Source: Saccostrea cucullata (taxonomy: Eukaryota). From it: a stretch of DNA of 64,000 nt. Each line of letters starts with the position of its first letter. Positions within the stretch are counted from its first letter, which is position 1. Under the pieces are notes generated by a model, which saw only the letters and a program-made list of their open reading frames with translations, did not search any database and was not told the DNA's origin. The stretch spans positions 310,001 to 374,000 of the forward strand of contig NW_026931726.1 of NCBI RefSeq assembly GCF_032062105.1, given 5' to 3'. Both the position numbers and the translations under genes were made by a program. Below are positions 25,608 through 39,600 of the stretch, piece by piece.

Positions 25608-26373
25608 AACAAGATGTGTTTGTGAAACACTGATGCCCCCGTATGGCAACATAGCGAAGGTTAACCTTTCTCAAATGCAGATCAAATACATGTATGTTGG
25701 TACCTAAAATAAGGCCTTTTCACAAGAAATACAAATGTTAAATGTAAAACCCTAGCACCACCTGTTCAAGGGTTATGACCAAGGTTCAAATTTTAAAGGT
25801 AGGACAAACTCCGGGGTCAAGGTCAAAGGGTCGAGGTTGCTGGTTTCTACAGAAAGGCCTTGTCTCAGAGATTACATATGGGAAGTATGTAAGCGCTGGC
25901 CCTTACCGTTCAAAAGTTATGGCCAATGTTAAAGTTTGTAAAAAGTAGGTCAAACTCCAAGGTCACATTCAAAGGGTCAAGGTTCTTGATATCCAAGGAA
26001 AAGTCTTGTCACAAGGATAACATATGTGAAACATGAAAGCTCTAGCTCCTACTGTTCAATAGTTATGGCCAAGGTTATAAAGTTTGTAAAAAATAGGTCA
26101 AACTCCAAGGTCAAGGTCAAAGGGTCAAAATTGTTGATATCCAATGAAAGGTCTTCTCACAAGGATTACATATTTAAAGTATGAAAGCCCTAGCCCTCAC
26201 CGACCAAGGTTAAAATTTTTTCGTAAGTTAGGAAATTTCCAAGGTCAAAAGGTCAAAATTGTTGATTTTAAGTGAAAGGTCTTGCCAAAAAGAATTGATA
26301 TTTGAAATATAAAAATTCCTAGTATATACCGTTCAAAAGTTAGGACCAAAAGAAAAGTTTGGAATTTTTGTGT

Positions 26374-26404
<31 letters not shown>

Positions 26405-27644
26405 AAGGTTCAAGGTTCTTGATATCAAATGAAAGGTCTTGCCACAAAAATTAAATATGTGAAGTATGAAAGCCCTAGTTCTAACCCTTTAAAAATGATG
26501 TTCAAGGTCGTATTTTAAAGTAGGTCAAATTCCAAGGTCAAGGTCAAAGGTTCAAGGTTCTTGGTACCCAATAAAGCGTCTTTTCACAGGAATTACATAT
26601 ATGAAGTATGAAAGCCTTAGCACTTACCGTTCAAAATTTATAGCCAAGGTTAAAGTTTTTTCATAAGTACAGAAATGTCCAAGGTCAAGGTCAAAAGGTC
26701 AAAGTTGTTGGTATCTAATGAAAGGTCTTTAGTTTAAAATATATTTATTCATCGAAATGGATTGAACAGCAGGCATAACTGCCTATTGTCGTTCTCTCCA
26801 TAGGTCAAGGTACAATTACAAGTACATGTAAGCATTGAAAACAAGATGTGTTTGTGAAACACTATGCGCCCGGCGGCAACAAAGTTAAAAAACATATTTT
26901 TAACATAAAGGTCAAGGTCACAAGGTAATTGATCTTGGTATAATTTGAAAGAACTTGATTAACGAAGAAAGCATACCAAATATGAACTCTCTATCTCTCG
27001 TGGTTCAAAAGTTATGGCGAAGGTTCAAAAAAAGCTTTTTAAGCATATAGGACACAGTCAAGGTCACAAGGTCATTGACCTAGGTGTCCTGTGAAAGGGC
27101 TTTTATTAGTGGAGTATGCATGCCAAACATTAAGCCTCTATCTTTCTTCGTTCTAAAGTTATGGCGAAGATTAGATTTTGTCGACAAAAAAGCTATATTT
27201 AGCATATAGGTCACAGTCAAGGTCACAAGGTCATTGACCATGGTGTCTTTAGATAGAGCTTAATTAGTGGTGTATGCATACCAAATATGAAGTCCATGTC
27301 TTTTATGGTTCAAAACTTATAGCGAAGGTTAAGGTTTGCAGAAAAGAATTTTTTTAGCATGTAGGTCACAGTCAAGGTCACAAGGTCATTGACCTTGGTG
27401 TCATTTGAAAAAACTTAATTAGTAGAGTAGGCATACCAAATATGAAGTCTCTATCATTCATGGTTCAAAAGTTATGGCCAAGGTTAAAGTTTGCAGACAA
27501 ACAGGCAAACAGATAAACAGACAAACAGACAGACAGACAGGACAAAAACAATATACGCCTCGGATCTTTCGATCCGGGCGCATAAAAATGTATGAAGAGT
27601 AGATTATCAATTGGTACATATTTAGAATGAATTCAGAGAGAGAA

Positions 27645-27690
<46 letters not shown>

Positions 27691-28016
27691 AAACAAATTA
27701 ATAGAAAAAGAAAAATTTAACAAATGAATAGGAAAAATAATAAATATATAAAATATAAGCAAAAAAAAAAAAAAGAAAAAAGAAAAAAAGAAAAAAAAAT
27801 ACAAGAAACATATGTTTGAGCAATTGTTGTTGACCCAGAAGGAAGAATTCCCTAACAAAGCAGTTTAACTAAAATAATATCATACATGTATTTCCCATAG
27901 AATATCATAATAAATTAAAATGAAAGGTCTTAATACAAAAAATATATATGTAAAGTTTAAATGTCCTGTTATCTACTAATAGATATGACCAAAGTAAAAG
28001 TTCAAAATTTTTGTGT

Positions 28017-28047
<31 letters not shown>

Positions 28048-28272
28048 AAAAGTCAAATTTGGTGGTACCCAAAGAAAGGTCTTGTCACAAGGAATACACA
28101 TGTGAAATATGAATGCCATAGCTCCACTCAATCAAAAGTTATGGGCAAGGTTAAAGTTTTTGCGGACAAACAGACAGACAGACAGACAGACATCTGGACA
28201 GACAGAGAGACAGACGGACGGACACGACAAAAACTATATACCCCCGAAACTTCATTTACGGGGGCATAAAAA
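25608..28272 (-). mobile_element. HINE-like element with ~147-bp tandem array, carrying a retro-insertion (26730-27918) that itself contains a second HINE (26838-27588)
   Basis: AACAAGATGTGTTTGTGAAACAC ends at 25608 and 26840. GGTCAAACTCCAAGGTCAAGGTCAAA units, GACA microsatellites and hairpin ends at 27550-27588 and 28235-28272. 13-bp direct repeat AATGAAAGGTCTT at 26717 and 27919. Confidence 0.75.
27636..27688. repeat. (GA)n microsatellite
   Basis: Direct reading of the sequence. Confidence 0.95.
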
Positions 28273-28274
28273 GA

Positions 28275-29270
28275 TACTTGTTTGTTGATTGACAATATCT
28301 ACTTGTATGTAGTTTTTGGAGCTTCATGTGGATCAAGTCTTCTAACAATCGGTTGGAATTCCCATGGGTACCATTTGCGCCCCATTATTAGCAGACCTAT
28401 TCCTGTAATCATGTGAAGCAGAATTTATTAAAACCTTACTTCTACCTGAGAGGAAGAAAACAAATCTTCCACCTTAAATTGAAGTTTTGTCAATTGATAA
28501 TAATTATTTCCATTCATTTAAAGAATCTATATCCAAATGAACTTAAAATAAAAGATACCACAGATTCAGACACGTCTGTTTCCTATAATATGGTTATTTA
28601 ACTGAAAAAAAAACGTTAACTAAGGGTAACCTAAAACAAATTTTTAAGATAAATTGATTACTTAAATTTTGCCTCATTTGTGAAGCTACATACCCTCATC
28701 ACCGGCTTATGATGTTTATGACAAATATTTGATATAACAAGGATATGAACAGTTATAGTTCAGCATTTCACAAGATTTATGGTCGATACAATGACATTGT
28801 TGTTTGACCAATATTGACACAATAGATTTATCGCTTGCCCGCGATCAATTTAAGTCAAGGAGAACAAGGCGGGTGTGACGGGTCAACAGGAAGTGCTTAC
28901 TCCTCGATGGCACCTGACAGTGGCGGATCCAGGAATTTCGTAACGGGGGGGGGGGGGGGGGGGCAGTATATGGCAGGGGTCTGGTGGCTGTACTTAAGCA
29001 CCCAGTGGGTCTAAGACAAGGTCCTTTTGGAGGGTCCGGAGGCGAAGCCCCCGGAAGCTGATAAGTTCTTACAAATGAGAGATGTTTTTCCTTCATTTTA
29101 GGATAATGGAAATATAGTTTTGCATCACAAAAATTCAAACGGGGGGGGGGGGGGCACGCCCGGTACGCCGACCCTGGATCCGCCTTTGCCTGATCCCATC
29201 TCTGATGTTCTAGAGGTCTTTGTTTTCAATAGTCCTGATTTGCATTGTTTCAATGGACTTTGAGCATGAT
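28275..29270 (+). mobile_element. Decayed Penelope-like element, reverse transcriptase remnant plus 3' region
   Basis: VGIPMGTICAPLLADLFL at ~28352-28405 and YPNELKIKDTTDSDTSVSY at ~28528-28585 are PLE RT motifs. Frameshifted and interrupted by a MITE at 28918-29188. Confidence 0.8.
28918..29188. mobile_element. MITE with CAG..CTG-type TIRs and 5-bp TSD
   Basis: TIRs CAGTGGCGGATCCAGG / CCTGGATCCGCCTTTG; TSD CCTGA at 28913 and 29189. Confidence 0.85.
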
Positions 29271-29274
29271 AACT

Positions 29275-29467
29275 CATGCGCGGATCTAGAGGGGGATTTG
29301 CAGAGATATTAAATTGATATACTAAAACAAGTAAAAAGTTACATTGGACCCCCTAGAAAACGCAGACCCCCTTTAAAACACGGACCTGTCTTCATTTGGT
29401 ATGAAATGTAATGTAAAAGTCAACCACTCCCCCCCTCCCCCGGAAAAAATTCCTAGATCCGTGTCTG
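29275..29467. mobile_element. MITE with 5-bp TSD
   Basis: TIRs CATGCGCGGATCTAG / CTAGATCCGTGTCTG; TSD TAACT at 29270 and 29468. Confidence 0.8.
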
Positions 29468-29664
29468 TAACTGTTCGTTGTCTTATAATACATTTGTATT
29501 TCATAAACTGTAGAAAAGAAGGATATTTGGTCTGAGCTGAAAAGGGAGTGGGGGTATTAAAAAATCATATATCATCCCCAATGTGCACTTGATCCATGCA
29601 TGTGGATGTGCTTTATACATGTACTTGTACGATGTTTGATTTCAGATTCTATATGTAATTTTAA

Positions 29665-30165
29665 TTGCAACTGAAAACTAGCATTATTAGCAGATTGAGA
29701 CTTTGTGCTCATAACCTTGCCATAGAAAAAGGAAGACATTTTTCTATACCCACAGATAAAAGAATTTGTAATATATGTAACACAGGGGAGGTTGAAGATG
29801 AATTTCATTTTCTCTTCATCTGCCATAAATACAATAATCATAGGTTAACTTTTGAAAGGAATTTGATGAATTTTTTCCATGATAAAATATTAAATATGTC
29901 TAATACTCAAAAAGTTAAACTTTACTTTAATAGCCACTGTTCAGAAGTACTGAAAATAACAAACTCATTTATTAAAAAATTGTATTACATCTAGAAATGA
30001 CTGCATAACATAATTATTTTACAAATGATGTACAATTTATCTATGATTATGTATAGCCTTACATTTATATACCAGATTATTGTTTATATATAATGAACAA
30101 TTGATGATGTGCCTTTGCCAATTATTGTAATTGTGTTTGTGCCAATAAATAGTTGTATTTGTATA
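29665..30165 (+). mobile_element. 5'-truncated LINE 3' end (ORF2 C-terminal CCHC zinc-binding region plus 3' UTR)
   Basis: ISRLRLCAHNLAIEKGRH...RICNICNTGEVEDEFHFLFIC is the typical non-LTR retrotransposon ORF2 tail. AATAAA at 30144 is followed by a (TTGTAT) tail. Confidence 0.85.
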
Positions 30166-30249
30166 TAACCTTACATTTACAATAAAATAGAAAAGGGGAA
30201 AAATGTAATTGCTAACAATGCCATAATTTATGAAATGCTTACTTTGATC

Positions 30250-30425
30250 GAGACTGTTATATGCCCTGTAACATCAAGTCATTTGTCAATGCCCTGTGTC
30301 TGTTTAAAAGCTGGTCGTACTCATGCAGAATATCTGTACTAATGTAGTGTATAAGTTGGAAGACATAAGTACCAAATGCAGTGGGGATATTTCTACATAT
30401 CCTAAGAAATCGGCGATTGGAAAAC
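30250..30425 (-). mobile_element. Penelope-like RT fragment
   Basis: NIPTAFGTYVFQLIHY resembles the PLE motif NIPxxPAYGVYISQLIRY. Confidence 0.6.
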
Positions 30426-30692
30426 CAAATATTTTCAAGTAACAACACTTGAATTAAGGTGTATTCGATGTCAACCCCCCCCCCCTCAGTCTTTATATCA
30501 CAGTATATATAGTTTTTACAATTTTAGAAAATGATATATAATACTGTTAATAGCTATTTTGCGTTTTAGGAATGTACGATTTGACACTGTCTACTAGGGC
30601 AAGGCCACACAGTAGTGTTTGTACTTTAGGCGCCAAAATATTTTTTATCACGTGACAAATATCGTGGTACTTTTAAATCACATGATATCAAA

Positions 30693-33600
30693 ATGGACGA
30701 TGGTTGTCAGCGGAAAATATTTTTCATAAGCACATTTGTCCTATCAGTAGCTGTAATGATTGAATTATGATAATATTATTTGTTTTGTATAAAATTTGTA
30801 ACTTGACCATGTATTGTCTTCAGTTATATACGAAGATTGTTCTACATGTCCATGCATAGTTTTAGTTAGTTTGAACATTGTGAAATATTTGTTTACCTCT
30901 CAACAACAGTAGGGGTATGATATCTTATGGTCAGAAGCATATGACCTACATGTAGATTTCAAATTCAGTCATTTTGTGTTTCAGCTCCTAATTCATGGAC
31001 TTCATTCAAGTAAAGATGCTACGAATGTCAAACTTGTCCATGTGATATTTATGAATCATTTGGGTAAGTATTCTTTTATTAATAGAAACAGGGACCTATA
31101 TACTTAGGCTAGCACACATATATAGGTCCCTGATAGAAATCTTGTCATGGTAAAGAGTGTGATTATACTTAACAACTATTATGCATTTGTGGGGTGATGT
31201 TTTAATTAATACAAGAATACAACTCCGTGCAATGCAGACTGGCATTTATACAGCCCCATTGGCCCAACAATTAGTATGACTCTTCTGCTATTGCTTTAAA
31301 TATCATGTAAGATTATTTATTTGGTTCTAGTTCAAAAGTTTATATACAGACTAAGAGTCAATTCAGTCATCTTTTTTCACCTGGTGCCAATAAGAAGTAG
31401 TCATGAAAACATTAAAGACTAGTTGGAGAAAATGATTTTCTTTTATAAATTCTGATTTTAGGTAGTTAAATTATTTAGTAAGTTTTTAACCATTATACTT
31501 CTTTTTCATTTATTTTAGATGTGGGCTATGATGGAATTTCGCCAGAAGTAGGATTTATAAATAACATTCTCAATAAATACTTTCATGAATACTTTCCAAG
31601 AGCTGTGAATTTGTCTGTTCAGTTACGAGCTGGAGAATATGCTGAAAATTTTGTGTATACAACCCATCCCTGGCTGGTCAGCTTGTTTTTGGATTGTCCA
31701 GAAAGTTTCAAGCTTACAGACATCCCACTATTGGTACACTTAATTTTAACCTGTATATAAACTTAAGTAAGGAGCTTAATGACGTAAAGAAGAATGTTAA
31801 ACCTGAGCAATTTTTTTTATTTGCAACTTAAATTTTTTAACATGTTAACATGCATTAGTTGATAAGTTTGATTTACATTTTTTGCAATATTAAATAATCT
31901 TTTACTGTAATACCGCATTATTTACCGTCCCAGTTTATCTCATATATATCAGATATATATCATATATCATGTCATTGTTAAACAGTGCCCTAATGAAACT
32001 GAGAAGGAATACTTTGAGGCAGCTATTAAGAGAGGAGACATTACATGGCATGCTGGTCCTATGAACATGCAGCCAGAGAACATGAACAGCCTGCTCTTCC
32101 AGATGAGCTTGAACATGAGTTTTGACCTCGACAAAAGATTTGGAATTACAAGACTGTTTCCAACACTGAGTCAGAGAGATGTACCAGGTAAGAATAATTT
32201 ATATGTACATGTACCTTTACTTTTTATGCTATTGAGATAAGATAAATCTATAAGCACCATTCATTTTACTGGGCACTGCATTGAAGTACACAATTCCACT
32301 TTTTACTTGCTGTAAAATCAGTTATTTTTTTAATTTCAAAATTTTCATGGTTTAGAAAAAATCCTGGTTTAAGGGGATTATAATTATTTCGTGTTTGATA
32401 TTTCATGAATGATATAAATTCATGGGTCTTAATTGAAAATTATAAAACTTAAATCCCCACAAAATAAAGTGATTTCACAGTATTTGGTTTCTTTAAAGTA
32501 TTCCAGAATTTCTTTGAACTGTTATCATTCAAATACATGGGATATACAAGTAATTGTACTCGCAGGATGCTTATATATAATTCCTGTAGTGTAAACATGA
32601 TTAAGAATCACTCCATTTTGTCATGTTTTATAATAAGGACTGACACAAGCAGTGATCCCTAGCCTGGTACAGAGGGGGGTCTCTGCTGTTTCTGTCGGGG
32701 TCAATCCAGGCACCAGTCCGCCAGCCGTTCCTCAACTCTTCAGGTGGAGCTTTGAGAGTAATGAAGTTTTGGCAACATGGCATCCAGGTAATTTTGATTA
32801 CAACTATTCTCAATTTACCTGTAGATTGTATGTTGTAAGTTCATGTTGAGGAGATCAGTGCTAGTGTGTTGGACCAGATCAGGATTTGAACCCAAACTCC
32901 ATGAATAGTCAGGTGCTCTATCAACTGAGCTGTCTGTCCAATAGCTATCTAACCTATAGCTCCCTGTAATTGAACGTTCCTAGTCATCACACATGTATAA
33001 ACCAATGACACAAATGAAATTGGAAAAACAAGCAGTGAAGTTTTTATTGAAATATTTTGATTGGATTTTATTTTGTGCATTGGGAGAGTTATCTCCCTGT
33101 GTAGTATAAGAATATTTATATATGTACTAAGTGATCTTAGAAAAAAATCTGTTTTTACATTTCATTCTTGTAATGTTTTAAGTTGTATTTGCAGGAGGTT
33201 ACCCACTGGGACCAGGGCCAAACCCAGCCCGCCCTGGAGGGCTGTCAACTAAAGACTGTGTGGTGCTGCCAGGATTTGAACATGCTCTTTGTTTTGCTTT
33301 TATACAAGATAATGGAGGTCCTCCAATTGATGTCCTGGTAAACATGTATTACATGTAATATTAAAGTATAAATGGGTTCTTGAATTTTGTGCACTTTATT
33401 GATGATTAAATGGATTATTTTTGGTATTTGCAGGAAATTTTAAGCAACTACGAAATTCTTAGAAAAGAGTTTCCAAATGCTAAAATAAAAGGATCCACGT
33501 TTGAGGATTATTTTGCGGAGGTGGACAAGATCAGAAATCATCTGCCCATTATCAGACAGGAAGTGGGCGACACTTGGATACAGGGAATATCATCAGATCC

Positions 33601-36600
33601 TGTCAAAATGGCCCACTATAGAGCCATTAGTGAAACAATGTCAGATTGTGTAATCTCTGGTAGGATCAAATTTTATAGTGGTACATTTTCTTACTAATGC
33701 ACATGTATGAAATGAGAAAATAGCAGGAGGTGAAGGGGGAGGAAAAGAGGGGGGGGGGGGGAGAGAATCCATGTGTAAATAGATTCTTAAAGACTTTGAG
33801 TGCTCTGAATATAAAAAGTATTCATGATTTATGCAGAGTATTAACAATTTTATGAAGTATTTAAAAAAGACCTTTTTGTATTAAATTATTGTTACATGTA
33901 CTACATATTGCAAGTTAGATTTGTAAGAATTTTTCATTACAAAAATAGGTGCTTGCAATATATCTGATCCAAGTATAGTGAGTGCAGCTAGGCTACTTAT
34001 CAAGCTACCAGAACACACATGGGGTCTTCCAGGGGTAGGGGACAATGTTAACTGGAGCAACCCACAGTTCAACATTGCAAGACGAGGTAGGTACTGGATG
34101 TGTTAGTAAAATCTTAATTACAACCCACAGTTCAAGTTGGCAAGACAAGGTAGGCTCTAGCTCAGCATGCATGTAAAATCAAAATTAATTTCTAACTATA
34201 TATATACATGTATAGTGTATAGTGTATGTAATGCTATTGCCAAAGTCTTTTTTTTATTTCAAGGCTTTGATGAGAGTGTTCAATAATTTTTTCAAGAGTT
34301 AGAAAGCAAAATGTTACCACACAGTAAAATTCTGTTTGAAGGTGAGAATTTTAGGAACTGTGAAAAGGCTTGGCAGGAGCAGAGAGCGTTTCTTGGAATG
34401 GCCATGGATCAGCTGAAGAATACACCACCATTGTATAAGATGATTGAACAAGCTCTATCTCAGCTGGTGCCACAGGAACCAGATCTCAGTGGTCAGTTCT
34501 TTTTATACTTGTCCACTTGTTTAGATTTTTTTCATCAAAAAATTTACTGATACTTAAAAAATAGACAATATGTATAACATACCTTTGAGGAGTCTTAAAT
34601 GACATGGACAACTGAAATAATTTTGTATCTGAATGTTCTGAGATTTTTAGCACACTTCTTTACAACAATTAAACAATTAATGATTTACTTTCTCTGATAT
34701 ACATAATTATGCATTTATTTTATCCACAGCCTATGAAATAGTCACTGACATGTCAGAGACATTTAAATGTGAAGATGGAATGAAAATCCAGTTTGGAAAG
34801 GATGGATCACTCCTGTCATTATATGATCCTTATAATTTTGTAAGGCTAGTTTTGTAATGAGAGATATTTTGAAATCCTGAGAGTAAAAAAAAAAAGTTCA
34901 TTTTTCTGAACAATCTTCTTTTTGAATAGACTATTTGGCAGCAATTTAGAATTATGATTTTATCCCAAGCAGAACTTGGAATAAATTTAATAATTTATAT
35001 TATCATCTAAAACTTATTCTCTGCTGTATTAATTATATAATTTTGTCTGAAACCTACTCAGGTAGAGTGGGCAACAGGTGCCCCTCTAGGACAGTTTCGG
35101 TACATCACCTATAATGAGACAAATTTTATGGACATGGCCAGGCAGTATAATTATTATGGTGGAGCAGGGTATGACAAGAAAAACTCCACCAAAAATGCCC
35201 ATCCTGAATACAGACCTTGGCCAGCAGTTCTCAGTCAAATGTATCGAGCCAAAAAATCAGGTAATTTAACTTATCCCATACATTTAATTTAGCTTCGTCT
35301 TGTAACATTGATTTGCTTTCAAAATCCATCCCATTCTGGATTAAACTTCATGTACATATTTCTTAAGTTCGTAGGAATCAGTGAAGCATATTCAGTCTTA
35401 TTTTGGTATCTTCAGCTTTAGATAGTTGTGACATTCTACTTAAAATGGTGATGGCAGATTCAAAAAGTCACACATGGTATGGAGCTCCAGAGTCTGTATG
35501 GATAAACTACAAGTCAAGAGCTGAAGGTAAATCCTAGTACCTCAAACAGAATACATGGTGTTAGAATCTACATTTTATCATTCATATCAACCCCAACATT
35601 TTATCTCTCAGGATTTGATGTAACATTGCAATGGACAAACAAAACACCAACAAGACTAGCAGAATCAATGATGTACCACTTCAGTCCGGCCAAGAAGAAG
35701 GGCTTTAATTGGAGATTGTCTAAAGTAGGTCACCTAGTGGACCCGGGTAATGTCATTCTCAATGGAAGTCAGTATGTTCATGGTAAGTTGATCTGTAATC
35801 ATGCCCCATCATGATGTAATCATGAAAATGGCCGGGCCGTACAGAGTTTGTCATGTATGTCTTCTGTCCTTCTAGCTGTCCTTCTGTCCCGTTTGCTCAG
35901 TTCAAAGCTCATTTTCAAAGAAACTATTCAAGATATTTTTATCAAACTTCCTATGCTGATAGATATTGATGACAGCTATTCAACTGCATCAACATATTTT
36001 GACCTTTACCTTTCCTTTGACCTTGACCTCACTTTTCTTACAATACTATTTTGCTCAGTTTTAAAGAAACTATTCAAGATCGAAGTTCAAATGCTGATAC
36101 ATACTGATGTGAGCTATTCAACTACATAAGCATTCTTTGACCTTGACCTTTTCTTTTACCTTGACCTTACTTTTCTTAAATTAGTGTTTAGCTTAGTTTG
36201 AAGCAACCAATCAAGATATTTTTATCAAACTTTGTATGCTGATAGATATTAGTGAGAGCTATTCTACTGTATCAACAATTTTTGACCTTGCACTTTCCTA
36301 TGACCTTGACCTCACTTGTTTTAAATTTGCATTTTGCTCAATTTTAAAGAAACTGTTTGATACTTTTTTATGTAAGGTTCTGCACATATAAATAATTTGG
36401 TGATAATTTATTGTCTATATATCCATTTTTTTAGGTCACCTGAGTAACTCAGGCGACCTATTGCTATCCGTTTTCGTCCGTCGTCGTCTGTCGTGTGTCG
36501 TGTGTTAACATTTGAACATTTTCAGCTTCTTCTCTGAAACCATGGAACCAATTTCAACTAAATTTGGTATACAGCATCTATGAGGGAAGGGGAACAAAAA

Positions 36601-39600
36601 TTATGAATTTCATTGTCCCCGCCCCCCTGGGGCCTGAGGGGTGTGGCCAAAACCACTAAAATTATTGCAATCTTTAAAAATCTTCTTCTTTACTCCTGGA
36701 CATTAAGCAAACAAACTGTTGCCATGAATGTAATGAGCATTGAGTCCTCTACCAAAATTGTGAAATTCATGGCCCCAGGGTCAGGGGTTCTAGTGCTAGG
36801 GCCGGGCTATATAGATTATATAGTGAAAATGCATTCTTTCTTTGAAAATCTTCTTCTCTGCATCTGGTCATTAAATAAACTAACTAAGTACATAGTTATG
36901 ATGAGCAAGAGTGCCTCTTCCAGATTTGTTAATTTTATGGTCCCAGGATCAGGGGTTCTGGTGTTTGGGTGGGGCTCTATTGATTATATAGTGAAAATGC
37001 ATTTATTCTTTGAAAATCTTCTTCTCTGCTTCTGGGTATTAAATAAACTAATTAAGCACATACTTATGATGAGCAAGAGTGCCTTTTTCAAAATTTTGAA
37101 TTTTATGGCCGCAGGGTCAGGGGTTCTGGATTATTTCTTTGAAAATCTTTTTCTCTTCTTCTGGTTATTAAATAAACTAACTAAGCACATCGTTATGATG
37201 AGCAAGAGTGCCTCTTCTAAAATTGAGAATTTTATGGCCCCAGGGTCAGGGGTTCTGGTGTTAGGGCGGGGCTCTATTGATTATATAGTGAAAATGCATT
37301 ATTCTTTGAAAATCTTCTTCTCTGCTTCTGGGTATTAAATAAACTAACTAAGTACATAGTTATGATGAGCAAGAGTGCCTCTTCCAAAGTTGTGAATTTT
37401 ATGGCCCCAGGGTTAGGGGTTCTGGTGTTAGGGCAGGGCTCTATTGATTATATAGTAAAAATACATTAATTCTTTGAAAATATTTTCCTTTGCTTCTGGG
37501 TTTTATGCCAATGATCCAAGTATATATATTTATGATGTAGAAAGGTGCATCTAGCAAAGTGGTTTTTTTATGCCCCCTGGGTCGGGGGGGGGGGGGGGGT
37601 ACTTAGTTTGAAAATAAATTAATGCTTTGAAATCTGCTCTTTGGTATTAATCAACCATTTTATGATAAAATTTGCAAAATTTTGAAACATGTGTCCCCTG
37701 GGTCAGTGGTTCCTTTGGGGTGAGGTGCACAACTGGGTATAAAGTGGAAGTGTATTTTCTCTTTGTTACTCTGATCTACCTCTGGGTATTAAGTAAATAG
37801 AGTAAGCATGCTAAGTTAATAATTATATGCCCGTCTTAAGACGGGACGTATTATGTTATAGGCTTCGTGTCCGTCCGTCTTTCCGTCTGTCTGTTAGCTT
37901 TTTGTTTCCGGCTCATAACTTTAATACTACTAGGCCTAGGATTACCAAACTTTGTCATCTGATGCATCTTGGGTAGAAGGTGTGTCGCGCACAAAAAGTA
38001 GGTCGCTCTGACCTTTAATTAAGAAGTTATAGCCAAATATGGAAAAATCCTTTCCGGCCCATAACTAGAAAACCATAAGACCTACAATCATCAAACTTGG
38101 CCAGTTTATGCATCTTAGGTAGAAGGTGTGTCGCGACCTATTTCAAGGTCACTGTGACCTTTAATTTAAGTGAATTTTTTAAAAAAAATGTGTCTTTTTA
38201 CTATTCATTTACACATCCCAAATAATGTAAGAGTATTGCACTGTTCTTATTAAAAAAGTGTTAAATCAAGAAAATACTTATTTTTTTTAAGCATATACTT
38301 GACAGCAATCTAAAACAAATATAATGTATGTTAGAGAAATCCCATGTCTCCCATGAGTGTAATTATCAAGCACTGGTCAAGAAGAATTTTGATAACAGAA
38401 AATTGCATGTCAAATTAGAGAGAAATTAATGGGTTTTGAGTGCGAGGAGCTATTGACAGAGCATTGGCGTTATCTATATCCCTTGAGAATTGGGCAAATT
38501 TAGGGTAAGCCTGGCTGTTTGATTAAAAATAGCTCTTGTTGACTAGCTTAAGTTTTGAAATGAATTTGATGAAAAGTAATTAAAACTAATTTGATATTGC
38601 ATAATAGACTAATCTGATATTATGTAATATTATTAATTTAAAAACTAATTTTTTGGGGTGGGGTTGAATCAGCATGTCCATATGAATTACATACTAAAAC
38701 CTGTCGGACATTAAATCTCAACCAAAAAAAAAAAATCTGAGAGTATTTTATATGTTTTTAAAAACGTATTATAGTGCAGACCCATTCATCTCTTGGTAGT
38801 AATGAGTAGACAAGCATCCAGTTAAAGATTAATTAATGAGTTCAATGTAGGAAGGCTAGCTGTCTCAGTCGCTCTGATTAAGCAGCCCTTTGGGGATTAG
38901 ACAGAAGAACTGCTGGTCAGTTTATAACATATGTCATTTGATGGCCAGCCTTTTTTTTCAAAATTAATTTGGTATAGATTAAGTTGTTAAGACTAATTTG
39001 ATGATGGGCATTTGACAAGGTCTAACACAACCAGCACAGAAATCTATCAGTGATGTAATATTTATTATAATTGATGCCTACATCACAGGGGATGGATAAA
39101 TGACAAATCATCGAAATCTTAGAATCAAAGTTGATGTGATTTTCTTGCACCTAAACTGTTCAAGAAAATTGTAATTTTTTGACGGGCGTATCATGCTGTG
39201 GCGCGGCACTTTATTATGATGAGCAATGGTGCCTCTTTCAAAATTGTGAATTGTGAATTTCATGGCCTCTGGTTTAAAACACGACCAAATTTAATTGTTT
39301 GAAAGTTGTTACACAGTACTCAGGTGACCTATAAGGCCCGTGGGCCTCTTGTTTAGATTTAATATTTTCAATTTTAAAGAAACTGTTCAAGTCTTCATAA
39401 GATATTTTTATCATATACACTAATACAAATTTTCATGTTACATTACTAATATACATTCAGTGGGGAATGCATATCCTATGGACATATTTCTAGTTTCCAA
39501 ATTTCATTTGCATTTGCCTGTCTTAATAATATTTTAGAATCATGGTTATTAATTTCTTTATAATCAAAGATGTACTTTTTAATTGAAAAAATATCCCTGA

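Noticed and set aside
27961-28269. 102-aa ORF, and similar short ORFs at 2193-2671, 49576-49941 and 56926-57347
   Set aside because: All lie within non-autonomous repeats or low-complexity DNA.
28860-29270. Hammerhead ribozyme in the Penelope-like remnant
   Set aside because: No CTGANGA...GAAA core with flanking stems was found by eye.
32870-32935. tRNA gene
   Set aside because: A and B boxes are present but the anticodon and acceptor stems are not intact; treated as a SINE head.
36613-37338. 241-aa repetitive ORF
   Set aside because: It is the translation of a 168-bp satellite array inside an intronic element, with a non-ATG start and no protein motifs.
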